Shown here piece by piece: positions 33,013 through 43,308 of a stretch of 64,000 bases of DNA (position 1 is its first letter; every line of letters starts with the position of its first letter). Where the stretch lies: contig JAANOX010000188.1 in assembly GCA_020184695.1 (NCBI GenBank), forward strand, positions 40,383-104,382. Reading direction: 5' to 3'. The notes beneath the pieces are model-generated. The model saw only the letters and a list, made by a program, of their open reading frames with translations, was not told the DNA's origin and did no database searches. The translations under genes were made by a program, and so were the position numbers. This DNA is from Histomonas meleagridis 2922-C6/04-290x (Eukaryota > Protista > Parabasalia).

Positions 33013-33837
33013 CTATATAGCAGCCATTGTCGGGAGAATTAATTTATTTACATACGTCGAATGCATATGAAACTGTAAAAATTGGCTCAAAAAAGAGTTT
33101 TCACTATCAAAAACTTTAAGTGCCTTTTGTACTTTGTGAAAATTCTTTCCGACCGGAGCTGAAAGCAGTATAATATTGTTATGTTTCACGTTAACACGAA
33201 GAAGGAATTGAAATGTTCCAAAAAACCCAGCGTAAAAAATTGATTTTGGTGGTGTTTGGATAAATAAAAGTGAAATGTTATCAATACTAAACTGATTGAT
33301 ATTAGTTTGTTGGATTTTGTTTTGATGGAATTGAAACATTTTCGAAATTTTGGAAAGTGGCATGCTAGAAACGTTCACCAAATTTGGTGCAAGAGCTCTA
33401 CTTATCATTGCATTGAACTCATTATTCATTCCTTTAGAATCATATGTAATGGTAAGATTTGGTTTGATTTCATTAATATAATGTTGAACAGATAAAGCTA
33501 TTTCTTCAACAGACCACTGGCTTCCTTGGAAGCTATCTGGATTATATGTATTTATAATGCAATTTTTTGGATTGATTTTTGCAATACGACAAGCTACTTC
33601 AAAATCATTTTGAGCTTGAGTAAAATTTTCTCTCCCCGGGGACAAGGAAAGAATGAAAGGATTTTTTGATTTGGAAAGAGTTGGTCCGAAATATTTGAAT
33701 AAATCTATTGGATTTGAAACGATAAAAAGAATTCTCTGTGATAAACCAATTTGCCTATCAATGACATTAAAATACATTAGAAAAACATGAGTCATTAAAA
33801 TTACTAGATTTAAAAAGACGATTTTGGACCATTCCAT
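33013..33837 (-). CDS. PIG-L/LmbE de-N-acetylase-like protein with degenerate metal ligands
   Basis: N-terminal TM, then RILFIVSNPIDLFKYFGPTL aligning to LLVIAHPDDE.MFF.PT, and ITYDSKG aligning to VTFD..G. Confidence 0.55.
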   Translation of the reverse strand: MEWSKIVFLNLVILMTHVFLMYFNVIDRQIGLSQRILFIVSNPIDLFKYFGPTLSKSKNPFILSLSPGRENFTQAQNDFEVACRIAKINPKNCIINTYNPDSFQGSQWSVEEIALSVQHYINEIKPNLTITYDSKGMNNEFNAMISRALAPNLVNVSSMPLSKISKMFQFHQNKIQQTNINQFSIDNISLLFIQTPPKSIFYAGFFGTFQFLLRVNVKHNNIILLSAPVGKNFHKVQKALKVFDSENSFLSQFLQFHMHSTYVNKLILPTMAAI

Positions 33838-34476
33838 TTACAACCACCTTTAAAATCATGAAGACTCAATAACAACTTTTTGATAATTTTATGACAGCTA
33901 ATTTTCTTATGTTTTTTTGAATGTATATCGTATCCTATCGTAAATAACGTATTTTTCTGGGAAAATAATTCCACTTAACCGAATTATCTATCGTCTCACC
34001 GTAATCCTGGGATTTCGTTCAGTGATTTGATTGGCGTTCCCTATACTAAAATCGAAATTATTCTTACGAGATCGAGGGGTCCGGAGGGCGAGCGGTGGGT
34101 GCAAGAATACTGACCAGTAGGCTGAGGTACGGAGGGTATTTATTGCAAAGAAAAATGTCTATACATATTTGAATTTAACGATTCGCATTCCTTATCAAAA
34201 ATCACTACGTAAGTAGGAACTTACAATAAACTTGGGAAACCAAATTCAACTTTTTGAATGGTATTTCTGTTAAAAACGATCAAAAGTCGTCCCATTTTTG
34301 AACATTAGTTTACGCTCTTAACTTCAAACCGCTTATTGTTTGTGGGATTTCAATACAATTAATGAAAACTGTCATATGCTTTTTGAATTCATCCGGTTAT
34401 TCTTTCTAAAGTCCAATTTCTATAGATTTTATTCTATCGTTGCTTTTTTGAATATATCCTGACGATCATATTTTTA

Positions 34477-35775
34477 ATGAGTTTGGTTCCAGGTGAAACA
34501 CAAATTGGGAACTATCTAATGCTTCATAAAATAGGCTCTGGGGCATTCTCAACAGTCTGGCTTGCGAGGAATGTTATTACTAATGTCCGTGTTGCAATTA
34601 AAGTCATTATGAAAAAAAACTTATCCACTGCGGATGATAAAACGCGTTTTGCTCGAGAGGTTAATCTTCTAAAACAAATTCGGCATCCCTTTATTGCTGA
34701 ATTTTTTGAAACGTTAGAAGATGATAATTATCATTTTTTAGTTATGGAATATGCCAAAGGTGGGAATATGCTTAATTTCATTAACATGAAAGGGCAGCTT
34801 ACGGAACTTCAAGCACGTCATTATTTTTCCCAAATAATATCAGTTTTAGAATATCTTCATAATGAGAAGATGGTTGCTCACCGAGATCTTAAAGCAGAGA
34901 ATGTTATGTTAGATCGATACAACAACATTCGTGTTATTGATTTTGGACTTAGTAATCAATTCACAATATCCACCCCAGAGCTCAAAACTGCGTGTGGCTC
35001 CCCACATTATGCAGCGCCAGAGATGATCAAAGGCAAGCCCTACACTGCTGCCACTGATATTTGGAGTGCTGGGATCTTATTATTTTCCATGGTTGCTGGA
35101 CATTTACCATATGACGATGAAAATGTACAACGTCTATTACAAAAAATCGTTTACACCGATGTTCATTACCACTGTTACATGTCTCCCTCTTTAGTCGACT
35201 TACTTAAAAAAATGCTTGCGAAAGCGCCAGAGAACCGAATCACGCTCAAGAAGATCCGCGAGCATCCATGGTTCTCACAGTATGAGTACAACGCGCTCAT
35301 CAATTTCCAAGCAACAGAGTGTCCCGGTAAGGAAGTGATCAACAAAGAAATTGTCGACAAGATGGTTGAGTTAGGCATTGATTGTCATTCGCTTCATCAG
35401 CAACTATTAAATGGCGATTTCACTGAGTTGACTTCAATGTATAGACAATTGCTGAAGGAAAACATCACCGAAAAGATGAAGGACGTGATGCACAACGTCC
35501 AAAAAATGGTTCCGCATAAGAAAATCGACCAAAGTATGAAATTCAACTTCCAAAGCAATAAGCAAAACGATGAAATGCAAAGGTACCAAGTGAGAATGCC
35601 TGGAAGAGCAGTAAGAAATGGAAATGCAGTACTGCAACAGCACCAAAACGGAGCGCCAAGAACGCTGCAGGCACCTGCGCCAGTGCAAATAGCGGCAAGA
35701 AGATTGTCAAGACCAGTGGCAGTGAAAAGGCCAATAGAACTGGGAAGCCAATTGGGGTCACACGAAACGCCTTAA
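34477..35775 (+). CDS. CAMK-group kinase (SNF1/AMPK-related)
   Basis: GSGAFSTV, VAIK, HRDLKAEN, DFG, TACGSPHYAAPE, DIWS. Confidence 0.95.
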   Translation: MSLVPGETQIGNYLMLHKIGSGAFSTVWLARNVITNVRVAIKVIMKKNLSTADDKTRFAREVNLLKQIRHPFIAEFFETLEDDNYHFLVMEYAKGGNMLNFINMKGQLTELQARHYFSQIISVLEYLHNEKMVAHRDLKAENVMLDRYNNIRVIDFGLSNQFTISTPELKTACGSPHYAAPEMIKGKPYTAATDIWSAGILLFSMVAGHLPYDDENVQRLLQKIVYTDVHYHCYMSPSLVDLLKKMLAKAPENRITLKKIREHPWFSQYEYNALINFQATECPGKEVINKEIVDKMVELGIDCHSLHQQLLNGDFTELTSMYRQLLKENITEKMKDVMHNVQKMVPHKKIDQSMKFNFQSNKQNDEMQRYQVRMPGRAVRNGNAVLQQHQNGAPRTLQAPAPVQIAARRLSRPVAVKRPIELGSQLGSHETP

Positions 35776-36509
35776 TGTAATGTAAAAGTTTTTTTTTTCT
35801 TAGTATTTTTATTAAGGATTAAAGTTGGAATTGTTTTAATCTGATGATATTTTTATTTGTTTTCGAATAATTTGTGAATAAGTTTGTCGTTATCGAGCAA
35901 TTATAATCATTTATAATTATAGGAATTAATGTTGATAAAAACAATATTTAATATATGTTAATGATATATTTGTGATGTAATCCTGATATAATTTCAACAA
36001 ATTTGTTTGTAATTTGATTTAAATAATTAAAAAGTAGTAAGAATTATAAAAATAATTAGAAATGATGTATTAGTAATAATTCAAGAAAAGAATAATCACA
36101 ATCAAAATTTGATTATCAAACAATTGAACCATCACTTTATGAAAGATACTTATTTGTCAATGAAAAAAAAGAAAATCGCCTTCGTATCGATAGTTTCACA
36201 TAAATCATTTCAGTAATTTTTTACATATTGAATTTTATTTTTTTATTTGGTAAAAATAATTAATATTTTTCATTTTTATGTTTATCGCTGAGAGCTCTCA
36301 TTGAAAAAAGTCTAAAACGAATCTTTTGATTTCAAAATCATGATATCGGGTGCTCTCATTGGCGATAAAACATTCCCCTTTGGTAATTTTTTTCAACTCT
36401 TGGGGAATAGGTAAAATTTTAGTAAAGGTATAAATAACACAGAATTCGTCTTAACATGCTATGTTCAAAATACAGCATAAGGAAGAAATTTCTTTCAATC
36501 TGGGAAAAC

Positions 36510-38027
36510 TCATTCAGTTCTTCCTAATTTTTCACGAAGTAGATTTTCTATTTCTGTATAACCGTTTTGTTTCTCTTGTGCAATTTGAATTGCTGTATAA
36601 AATTACGAAAATAAATTCCAAATTATTAAAACATATATAAAATTATTCAAATGAATATATTTTGCATTAACATCAATTCCTTCTTTATCTAAAAGTAATT
36701 TTACTATTTCTATATTATCATTTCCAACTGCAATATGAAGTGCTGTTTCAAATTATTAAAACATATTCCAAATTATTATAACACATTTCAAAATATTAAA
36801 ACATATATTAAATTATTCAAATGAATATTTGTTGCATTAACATCAATTCCTTCTTTATCTAAAATATATTTCACAATTTCAATATTTCCTGATTCTGAAG
36901 CAAATGGCAAAATATTTTTTGGAATTTGATTATTTTGAAGGAAATATTTAACGAGATATAAATTTCCCTTTCTTGCTGATTCATTTATATTATCAACAGT
37001 AATATTAATTCCTTTTTCTTCGAAAAATTCCAAAATTTCATAATTATCTTTTTTAATACAAAAACTTACTAAATCATTAGTTTTATCTTTAGAGATTTTT
37101 GATATTGATTGTATTTTTTCTAATTTATTTTCATAAATATATTTAAAGATATCATTTCGATGAAATTCTATTGCTGCTTCATATGCACCTTCAAATGTTA
37201 AATGATTTTGTTCACATAAATGAATGATTTCCTCATTTCCACCTGCAATTGCATATTTACCTGTGTTTTCTACTTTTGATCCATTTATAATTAAATATTT
37301 AAAACATTTTTCTGATCCAAAAAATGCTGCATAATCAATTAATGTAACATTTTTTTTATTAACGAATGAATATCTTTCATAAAGTGTTGGCTTAATTGTT
37401 TGATTAAAATCAAAATTTGTTTGTGATGATATTTCTTGAAGTTTTTCAACATCATCATTTTGAATCATTTTCACAATTTCATTCGGATTAACTCCTTCCT
37501 GGATAAGAAGTTCCCATTCATTCTTTAAAAGTTCTTCATAATTTTTTTGAATATATTCAGCAAATTTATAATCCCTTAAATCTTTAAATGTTTCATTTGG
37601 CATGTGCTGTATAAAATATCCTTTAGAAGTAAATAATGAATTTTTTATGTTTTTAATGATTTTTTTATCGAGTAAATTATCTTTAATCATTTTCATAAGA
37701 AGATAATATGATTCTTGTGTATTTTCACCAACAAGAAAATGTCCATATACAGTAAAAATATTAATATCTTTCTGAGTGTTCGTTTCTAGTTTTTTGATTT
37801 CTTTAAGAAAATCCAAATATAAATCAACATCTTTCATTCGTATGATAATAGTTGCATATGTAATCCTAACAATAATTAAATTAAAAGAGAATGGATAAAT
37901 ATTATCAAATTTACTTATGATTGATTTCGAAGATTGAATGATATTTTCTTTGTTTAAATTAAAAATTAAATTATTAATATATATATTAATGTTCCCATTC
38001 GTTTTCACTTTTTACTTGAGATTCCAT
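36510..38027 (-). CDS. DUF3447-type ankyrin repeat gene interrupted by an 80-nt and a 60-nt spacer; possible frameshift near the start
   Basis: LIDYAAFFGSEKCFKYL domain. Ankyrin modules continue past the ORF stop in shifted frames (TALHIAVGNDNIEIVKLLLDKEGIDVNAKY; TAIQIA...RTE-stop at 36510). The ATG at 38027 is one frame off the main ORF. Confidence 0.7.
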
Positions 38028-38479
38028 ATAAAATGCCACTTTTGTGGCAGATCATTTGCGGTTGGGTGTGATGTATAGTTTACATAATCGTTTTCGTCTC
38101 AAATTCTATAATATAAAGGAAAAAAAGAAATTTTTGAAATTCTTTTGGCTTTTCACAATTGTGGTATGCAATGACCCAATTATTTTTATTGAAATTCTTT
38201 TCACAATGAGAAATATCATATCCTTAATCCACATATGATTGTCATCAATTTAAGTGCTTATGATTTATGCATAAATCGAATATTTAATTTCTGTGATAAG
38301 GTAAATATCACTACTGATTTGAATTTGGTTCCAACAATTGAAGAAAAAGATCGACAAAAATATTTCCAAAAGCAAATCTGAAAAAAATTATATTTCATAA
38401 TAAAAGCTATTCATAAATATCCCAACGACATTATTACCATTTGAATTCATCCCATCTAAAGATTTCGTTACTCGATCTT

Positions 38480-39130
38480 TATTAAATTCAAAAAATGGAA
38501 TATTTAGATTTTATGAAACAAATCAATGAAAATTATGAAAAACTTTCAAAGAATGATTGGGAACTTAATAGGAAATATAATAAAGAAGGACATAATCCAA
38601 AAGAAAATGCAAAAATTATTCGAAAAACTTCAATAAATATCATCACAAAATGATTTTGATTTAAATCAAACAATTCAGCCGTCACTTTATGAAAGTTGTT
38701 CATTTATTAATAAAAAAATGTTTCATTAATTGATTATGCTGCATTTTTTTTCTTCATTTACATTTTAAATGTTTTAAATATTTACTTATGAATGGTTCTA
38801 ATATGGAAAATACAGATAAATATTCAATTGCAGGTGGAAATGAGGAATTCATTCATTTATGCGAACAAAATCATTCAACACCTGAAGAATCATATGAAGC
38901 ATCAATTAAATTTCATTGAAATGATATCTTTAAATATATTTATGAAAATAAAATTAACAAAACTGATAATTTAGAAGAATTAAGAAGTACATGTGTTTTA
39001 TATCATAATTATGAAGTTTTTATATATTCACAAAAAGGATGCAAATCAATGAATATATTATTAATCAAGCAGCAGAAATTGGAAATTTATTTTTTATGAA
39101 ACAATATGCACAATCCAATAAAGTTATTTC
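38480..39130 (+). pseudogene. Degenerate DUF3447-ankyrin family relic
   Basis: Nucleotide similarity to 56990-57650 (aagaatgattgggaactt, ttaattgattatgctgcattttt, gcaggtggaaatgagga) with many stops and frameshifts. Confidence 0.8.
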
Positions 39131-39371
39131 TTTGATCAGAGATTAATCATCTGCTATCTATTAGAAATAGATGTCTAAATAATATTAAAAAAATAATTTA
39201 GTAGTAAAAATTTTATATGATGTACAAAAATAAACTTGAATAAAAAGTTTTTTTTTTTTATTTTGAAAAAATTCTATGAGTATTAAGATTCAGAATGTGG
39301 ACGATTAGCTTTAAGTGATCCGCCACTATTCAATTTTGAATATATACAAAATTTCAAAATTGGGGCTTTGG

Positions 39372-41255
39372 ATGGAAGAAGAAATAAGCCCAAACAAAAT
39401 TTTCAAACAAATTTCTAGGAAAACAGAACGCTTATTTATAGACTCCACAAGTGAACTTAACAAATACAGAAACGAATTAATAAATGCTCAAAGGATAATA
39501 ATATTTAATAACTTTTTTCAGGAAAATAATGCATCTTATAAATTTATTAAGGATGTTGATCAATTTATTTTCAAGCCAAAAATGTTAGTTACATTTATTG
39601 GTCTTTCACAAATGACTCAAAGTATATCATTTTTACTTACATATATTCATTCTCATCTTGAAGAATTTGCTTCCGATGTAGTTTCAAAGCACAAACAGAA
39701 TTTTTTTCCTTATTTAATCAACTTATCCATTCCAGCCATTTTTGGATATTTTTCTTCCAAAGAATTTCTTGACTTATCATTTATTTTCTATGCCCAAATT
39801 GTCGCAAAATCTAAGCCGTCAATAGCCATCAAAGTTTTACAACCATTTTTACATAATGCCATATCATACAGATATTTTGAAATTGTCCTTAACAATTTTT
39901 TTAATTCTTTTGCATTTGATTGTGACATCCCCACTGATGACAATGGCTTTATGCCTGTTGTCATTGATACTTTTGTAAAATATCTAGTTGAATCATTTCA
40001 TCTTCTTCCTGAGCATCATGTCCAGCTTTTTCGTATAATCCTTAGTAAAGGCTGGCCCTCTGATATGTGTCGAAAAGTTCTTTTTGATGATTTTTTCTGG
40101 TATTTCATGTTAAAATGGGTCAAACTTTTAAATCTTCACAAGTATAAGACATTTTTAAAGACAATGATTAATACCATTAACAAACAAAACGACAAAATTG
40201 AAATGATCACCAGTAAAATTAAAGAATGTCGTTCTATCTATAATATACCATCCTTCTATTTTACATTTAATGAACAATTTTTAGACTTTTTTTTATGTGT
40301 TAATGATGTTAATTTAATACTTAAAACTTTAAGTAAAATTCCGGAATTTATATCGCTTAATGAGTTTAATCAGATTCGATATAAATCGAAGGAATGTTGG
40401 TTTCATGGGCAATTATTTCCACGCCAACAAATTATTCGAAACATATTATATCCAACACTTTCTGAGTCATTATTTGGTATTACTAATCAAAACAAATATT
40501 CGGAAGAATTCGAATTGTTCTTATTCCATAAGTTATTAAAGAATAACATTAAGAATTGGCACGAAATTGTATATAATTATTTAACATGTATAATACTTCC
40601 ATATATTGATTCGATCATAAAACGTTATATCCAATTAAATGAAATTACTCCCAAAAATTTTATAAGCGAATTTAATAAACTTAAAAATTATATAAATTTT
40701 GAGGGCTATAATAAATATATTTATGTTTCATTGATACAATATTCTTATGTTTCTTGGATTGGTAATTATATAAGTGTATTAAACCAAGCAAATGATTTAT
40801 GGAAATCACTTATAAAAGAACAAGAAGAAATCCCTCATTTCGCTAACTATAATGCAATGCTTCCAATGTCTTTGCAACCTATACTGGTCGATGCGATTAA
40901 TTTGTTGAAAATATCGAATGATATGTCACTACAGAAAAAATATTTTAACATAACAAAGGCATTAAATCAATTAAAAATTGTGTCTAAAAAGGAAATGTTA
41001 GGAAATAAAACATTTTTGGTTGTGCTGAAACAAAGTAAAATGAACGATTTGTTCTCAACGTTTTGTTTGTTGGATGCTTTCGCTTATCAACAAAAGGAAT
41101 TTAGAGATTTAATAGGAAGTGATGAAGAGGAAAATTGGAACGAATTAAAATCGGAAATTGTTAAAAACTTAAAAATGTCTAAAAAATCGAAATATGTATC
41201 GGTGTATGAATCAATTAATGAATATTTAATAAAGATCATGAAAAGCGATAAATAA
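39372..41255 (+). CDS. Hypothetical helical protein
   Basis: Uninterrupted ORF of about 627 aa from the first ATG. Confidence 0.8.
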   Translation: MEEEISPNKIFKQISRKTERLFIDSTSELNKYRNELINAQRIIIFNNFFQENNASYKFIKDVDQFIFKPKMLVTFIGLSQMTQSISFLLTYIHSHLEEFASDVVSKHKQNFFPYLINLSIPAIFGYFSSKEFLDLSFIFYAQIVAKSKPSIAIKVLQPFLHNAISYRYFEIVLNNFFNSFAFDCDIPTDDNGFMPVVIDTFVKYLVESFHLLPEHHVQLFRIILSKGWPSDMCRKVLFDDFFWYFMLKWVKLLNLHKYKTFLKTMINTINKQNDKIEMITSKIKECRSIYNIPSFYFTFNEQFLDFFLCVNDVNLILKTLSKIPEFISLNEFNQIRYKSKECWFHGQLFPRQQIIRNILYPTLSESLFGITNQNKYSEEFELFLFHKLLKNNIKNWHEIVYNYLTCIILPYIDSIIKRYIQLNEITPKNFISEFNKLKNYINFEGYNKYIYVSLIQYSYVSWIGNYISVLNQANDLWKSLIKEQEEIPHFANYNAMLPMSLQPILVDAINLLKISNDMSLQKKYFNITKALNQLKIVSKKEMLGNKTFLVVLKQSKMNDLFSTFCLLDAFAYQQKEFRDLIGSDEEENWNELKSEIVKNLKMSKKSKYVSVYESINEYLIKIMKSDK

Positions 41256-41289
41256 ACTTGTAATTTAATTAAACGATTTTAAATTAAAT

Positions 41290-41603
41290 AAAGATATTCA
41301 TTTTATTTATTTTTTATTTTCATGATTTGATATTTCAAAATAATATTTGAAGATTATTTAAATTAATTAGAACAGCACTTGTATGCATCTGTAAATAATA
41401 GAATAAAAATAGTTACGCAACTTCTTGAACATAAAACAATTGATATTGTTGTTAAAGATATTTATTTGTTTTATATAACATAAATTTTAATAATTTGATA
41501 TTTCAAAATAATAATTGAAGATTATATAAAATTATTTAAAATAGCATTTAGGGAAGCTTTATCATATAATTACGAGGAAATTGTAGAATTATTACAAAAA
41601 TGA
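41290..41603 (+). pseudogene. Orphan ankyrin fragment with two spacer copies (76 and 81 nt)
   Basis: KD-spacer-TAL(frameshift)...IDIVVKD-spacer-IAFREALSYNYEEIVELLQK-stop. Spacer core TTTGATATTTCAAAATAAT. Confidence 0.75.
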
Positions 41604-41959
41604 ATGAGCAAATATCTATTGAATATATATACCAATTTATATCTTGATATTCTATTTGTATGCAAACATAAGATGTATTGTTTGGTCAGATAAATTCATT
41701 TAAAAATGAATATTTAAATTAAATCAGCTTGTTCTCGTTTTATATGATTAACATAGAAGAAAATTTGTTTATCTTGAGACGTAGATGATATCAAACTAAA
41801 AATCAGAAAAATTATTAAAATGAGATATAGCTTAGTTTCAATTTCTCTATGGTGTCATAATATATTATCTGTTAAATATTTTATAAATTATTTTTTGTTC
41901 AATATTTTGAAAACATCAATTTATATATTATAATTTTTTATTCAATATATAAATGAATA

Positions 41960-42235
41960 CATCTATTAAATTTTTTTGAAATTATATAACCATTGATCAT
42001 TGTCTTGAATTGCTAGATTATGAATATTGTCATCATCATGAATCTACACATGTTCATTATTAATTTTTTCTATTTCATTTGATGATGAAATAGAAAAATA
42101 TCTTTTATTATTGCGTAATAAGAATATGACGATTCCAACAATAACCAAAATAATTACTACATATGAACGAATTAAGCAATTAATGTTTCCATAATTCGAA
42201 ATAAAAACATTTCTATCGTGAAGTATTTCAAACAA
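41960..42235 (-). pseudogene. Relic C-terminus of a TM surface protein ending DNDQWL
   Basis: TM helix YVVIILVIVGIVIFLL, an in-frame TAG, then ...QDNDQWL, matching the tail of the 63552 protein. Confidence 0.6.
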
Positions 42236-42438
42236 ATTTTTCAGAGAAAATGAATAGGTAATAACGTTCTAATTTTGACCACTTTTTTGTGTAAAAAAAG
42301 AAGTTTCGTTTAAAAATGAGGCACCCCAAAACGAATAAATTTATCCATAATTCACCGATATTGGTCGTTACAAAATTCAGTACTTTATAAAATCATTTGC
42401 TCATTGAAAAATTCTGTTGCCTGACGCCATTTCGAGTA

Positions 42439-43074
42439 ATGCTCTTTGTTTTACTTGCGGCATCATCCATTGCTGTTGAGTACTACGGCAATCATGGTGA
42501 AGAAAACGGTGATTTCAGCTCAATCATTTCTGCTGCTATTACTATTTTAATGTCTGATGGTGAACAATTAACTGAAATCAATTCCATTTCTGATGCTATC
42601 AAACACTGTCGTTCCGGTTGTGGTCTTGCCGTTCCAAGTGGTCCAAAACTTGTTAAAGAAATGAAGAAAGATAAGACATACATATCATTTGCTGTTGGAA
42701 AGGCATCCACTATTTACAACAAGATTGTTGAACACCTTAAGACACAAAGTGGTGCTGGTTCATTCACCCTTGAAATTCCAGCTAGCACTGTTCTCAGCTG
42801 CTTAACATTAGGTCATTACGTTCCACGTGTTTCTGTAACAGGCACTTATGGATACAAAGAAGTCAACGGCGAACAAGTGTGCACATTTTCTGCTTCTGCT
42901 AGGATTTATGGAACTGATCCATGGGATTTCGAAACACATTCTAGCTACTCATCTATCAAGAACCTCATTCTCGAAATCATCCCAAGCCTTCTTGTCAGCC
43001 TCCGCGGAAATATGAAACCATTTGACATCAACTATGAAGCAACTGAAAGTTATTATGGTCAATTCACAAAGTAA
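42439..43074 (+). CDS. Secreted protein with colicin M-like (lipid II phosphoesterase) domain motifs
   Basis: Signal-like MLFVLLAASSIA. AIKHCRSGCG, TLGHY, VTGTY, NG, RIYGTDPWDF and KPFDI appear in the same order as recalled colicin M motifs. Host-like high-expression codon bias. Confidence 0.6.
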   Translation: MLFVLLAASSIAVEYYGNHGEENGDFSSIISAAITILMSDGEQLTEINSISDAIKHCRSGCGLAVPSGPKLVKEMKKDKTYISFAVGKASTIYNKIVEHLKTQSGAGSFTLEIPASTVLSCLTLGHYVPRVSVTGTYGYKEVNGEQVCTFSASARIYGTDPWDFETHSSYSSIKNLILEIIPSLLVSLRGNMKPFDINYEATESYYGQFTK

Positions 43075-43308
43075 ACTAGCCTTTTGAGAAACATTTTTTT
43101 ATTTTTTGACATGATTTTTTTTGACTGTGATGATTTAATTCAATAAAATAAATTTTACAATTACAACAAATTTTTTGCTTAAAATGAAGCAGCACCTCTT
43201 TTACAACAAGAAATTAGTGATATTAGATGTCATATTTGAGGATAATATCGATTTTCGGTCTGAGAAATTAAACGAAGTCCTGAAAAAAAATACGTTACCA
43301 AAGCTTGG

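Noticed and set aside
34067-34140. tRNA or SRP RNA gene
   Set aside because: No cloverleaf or TTCGA T-loop. The SRP-like similarity covers only a short 5' stretch and no S-domain helix-8 motif follows.
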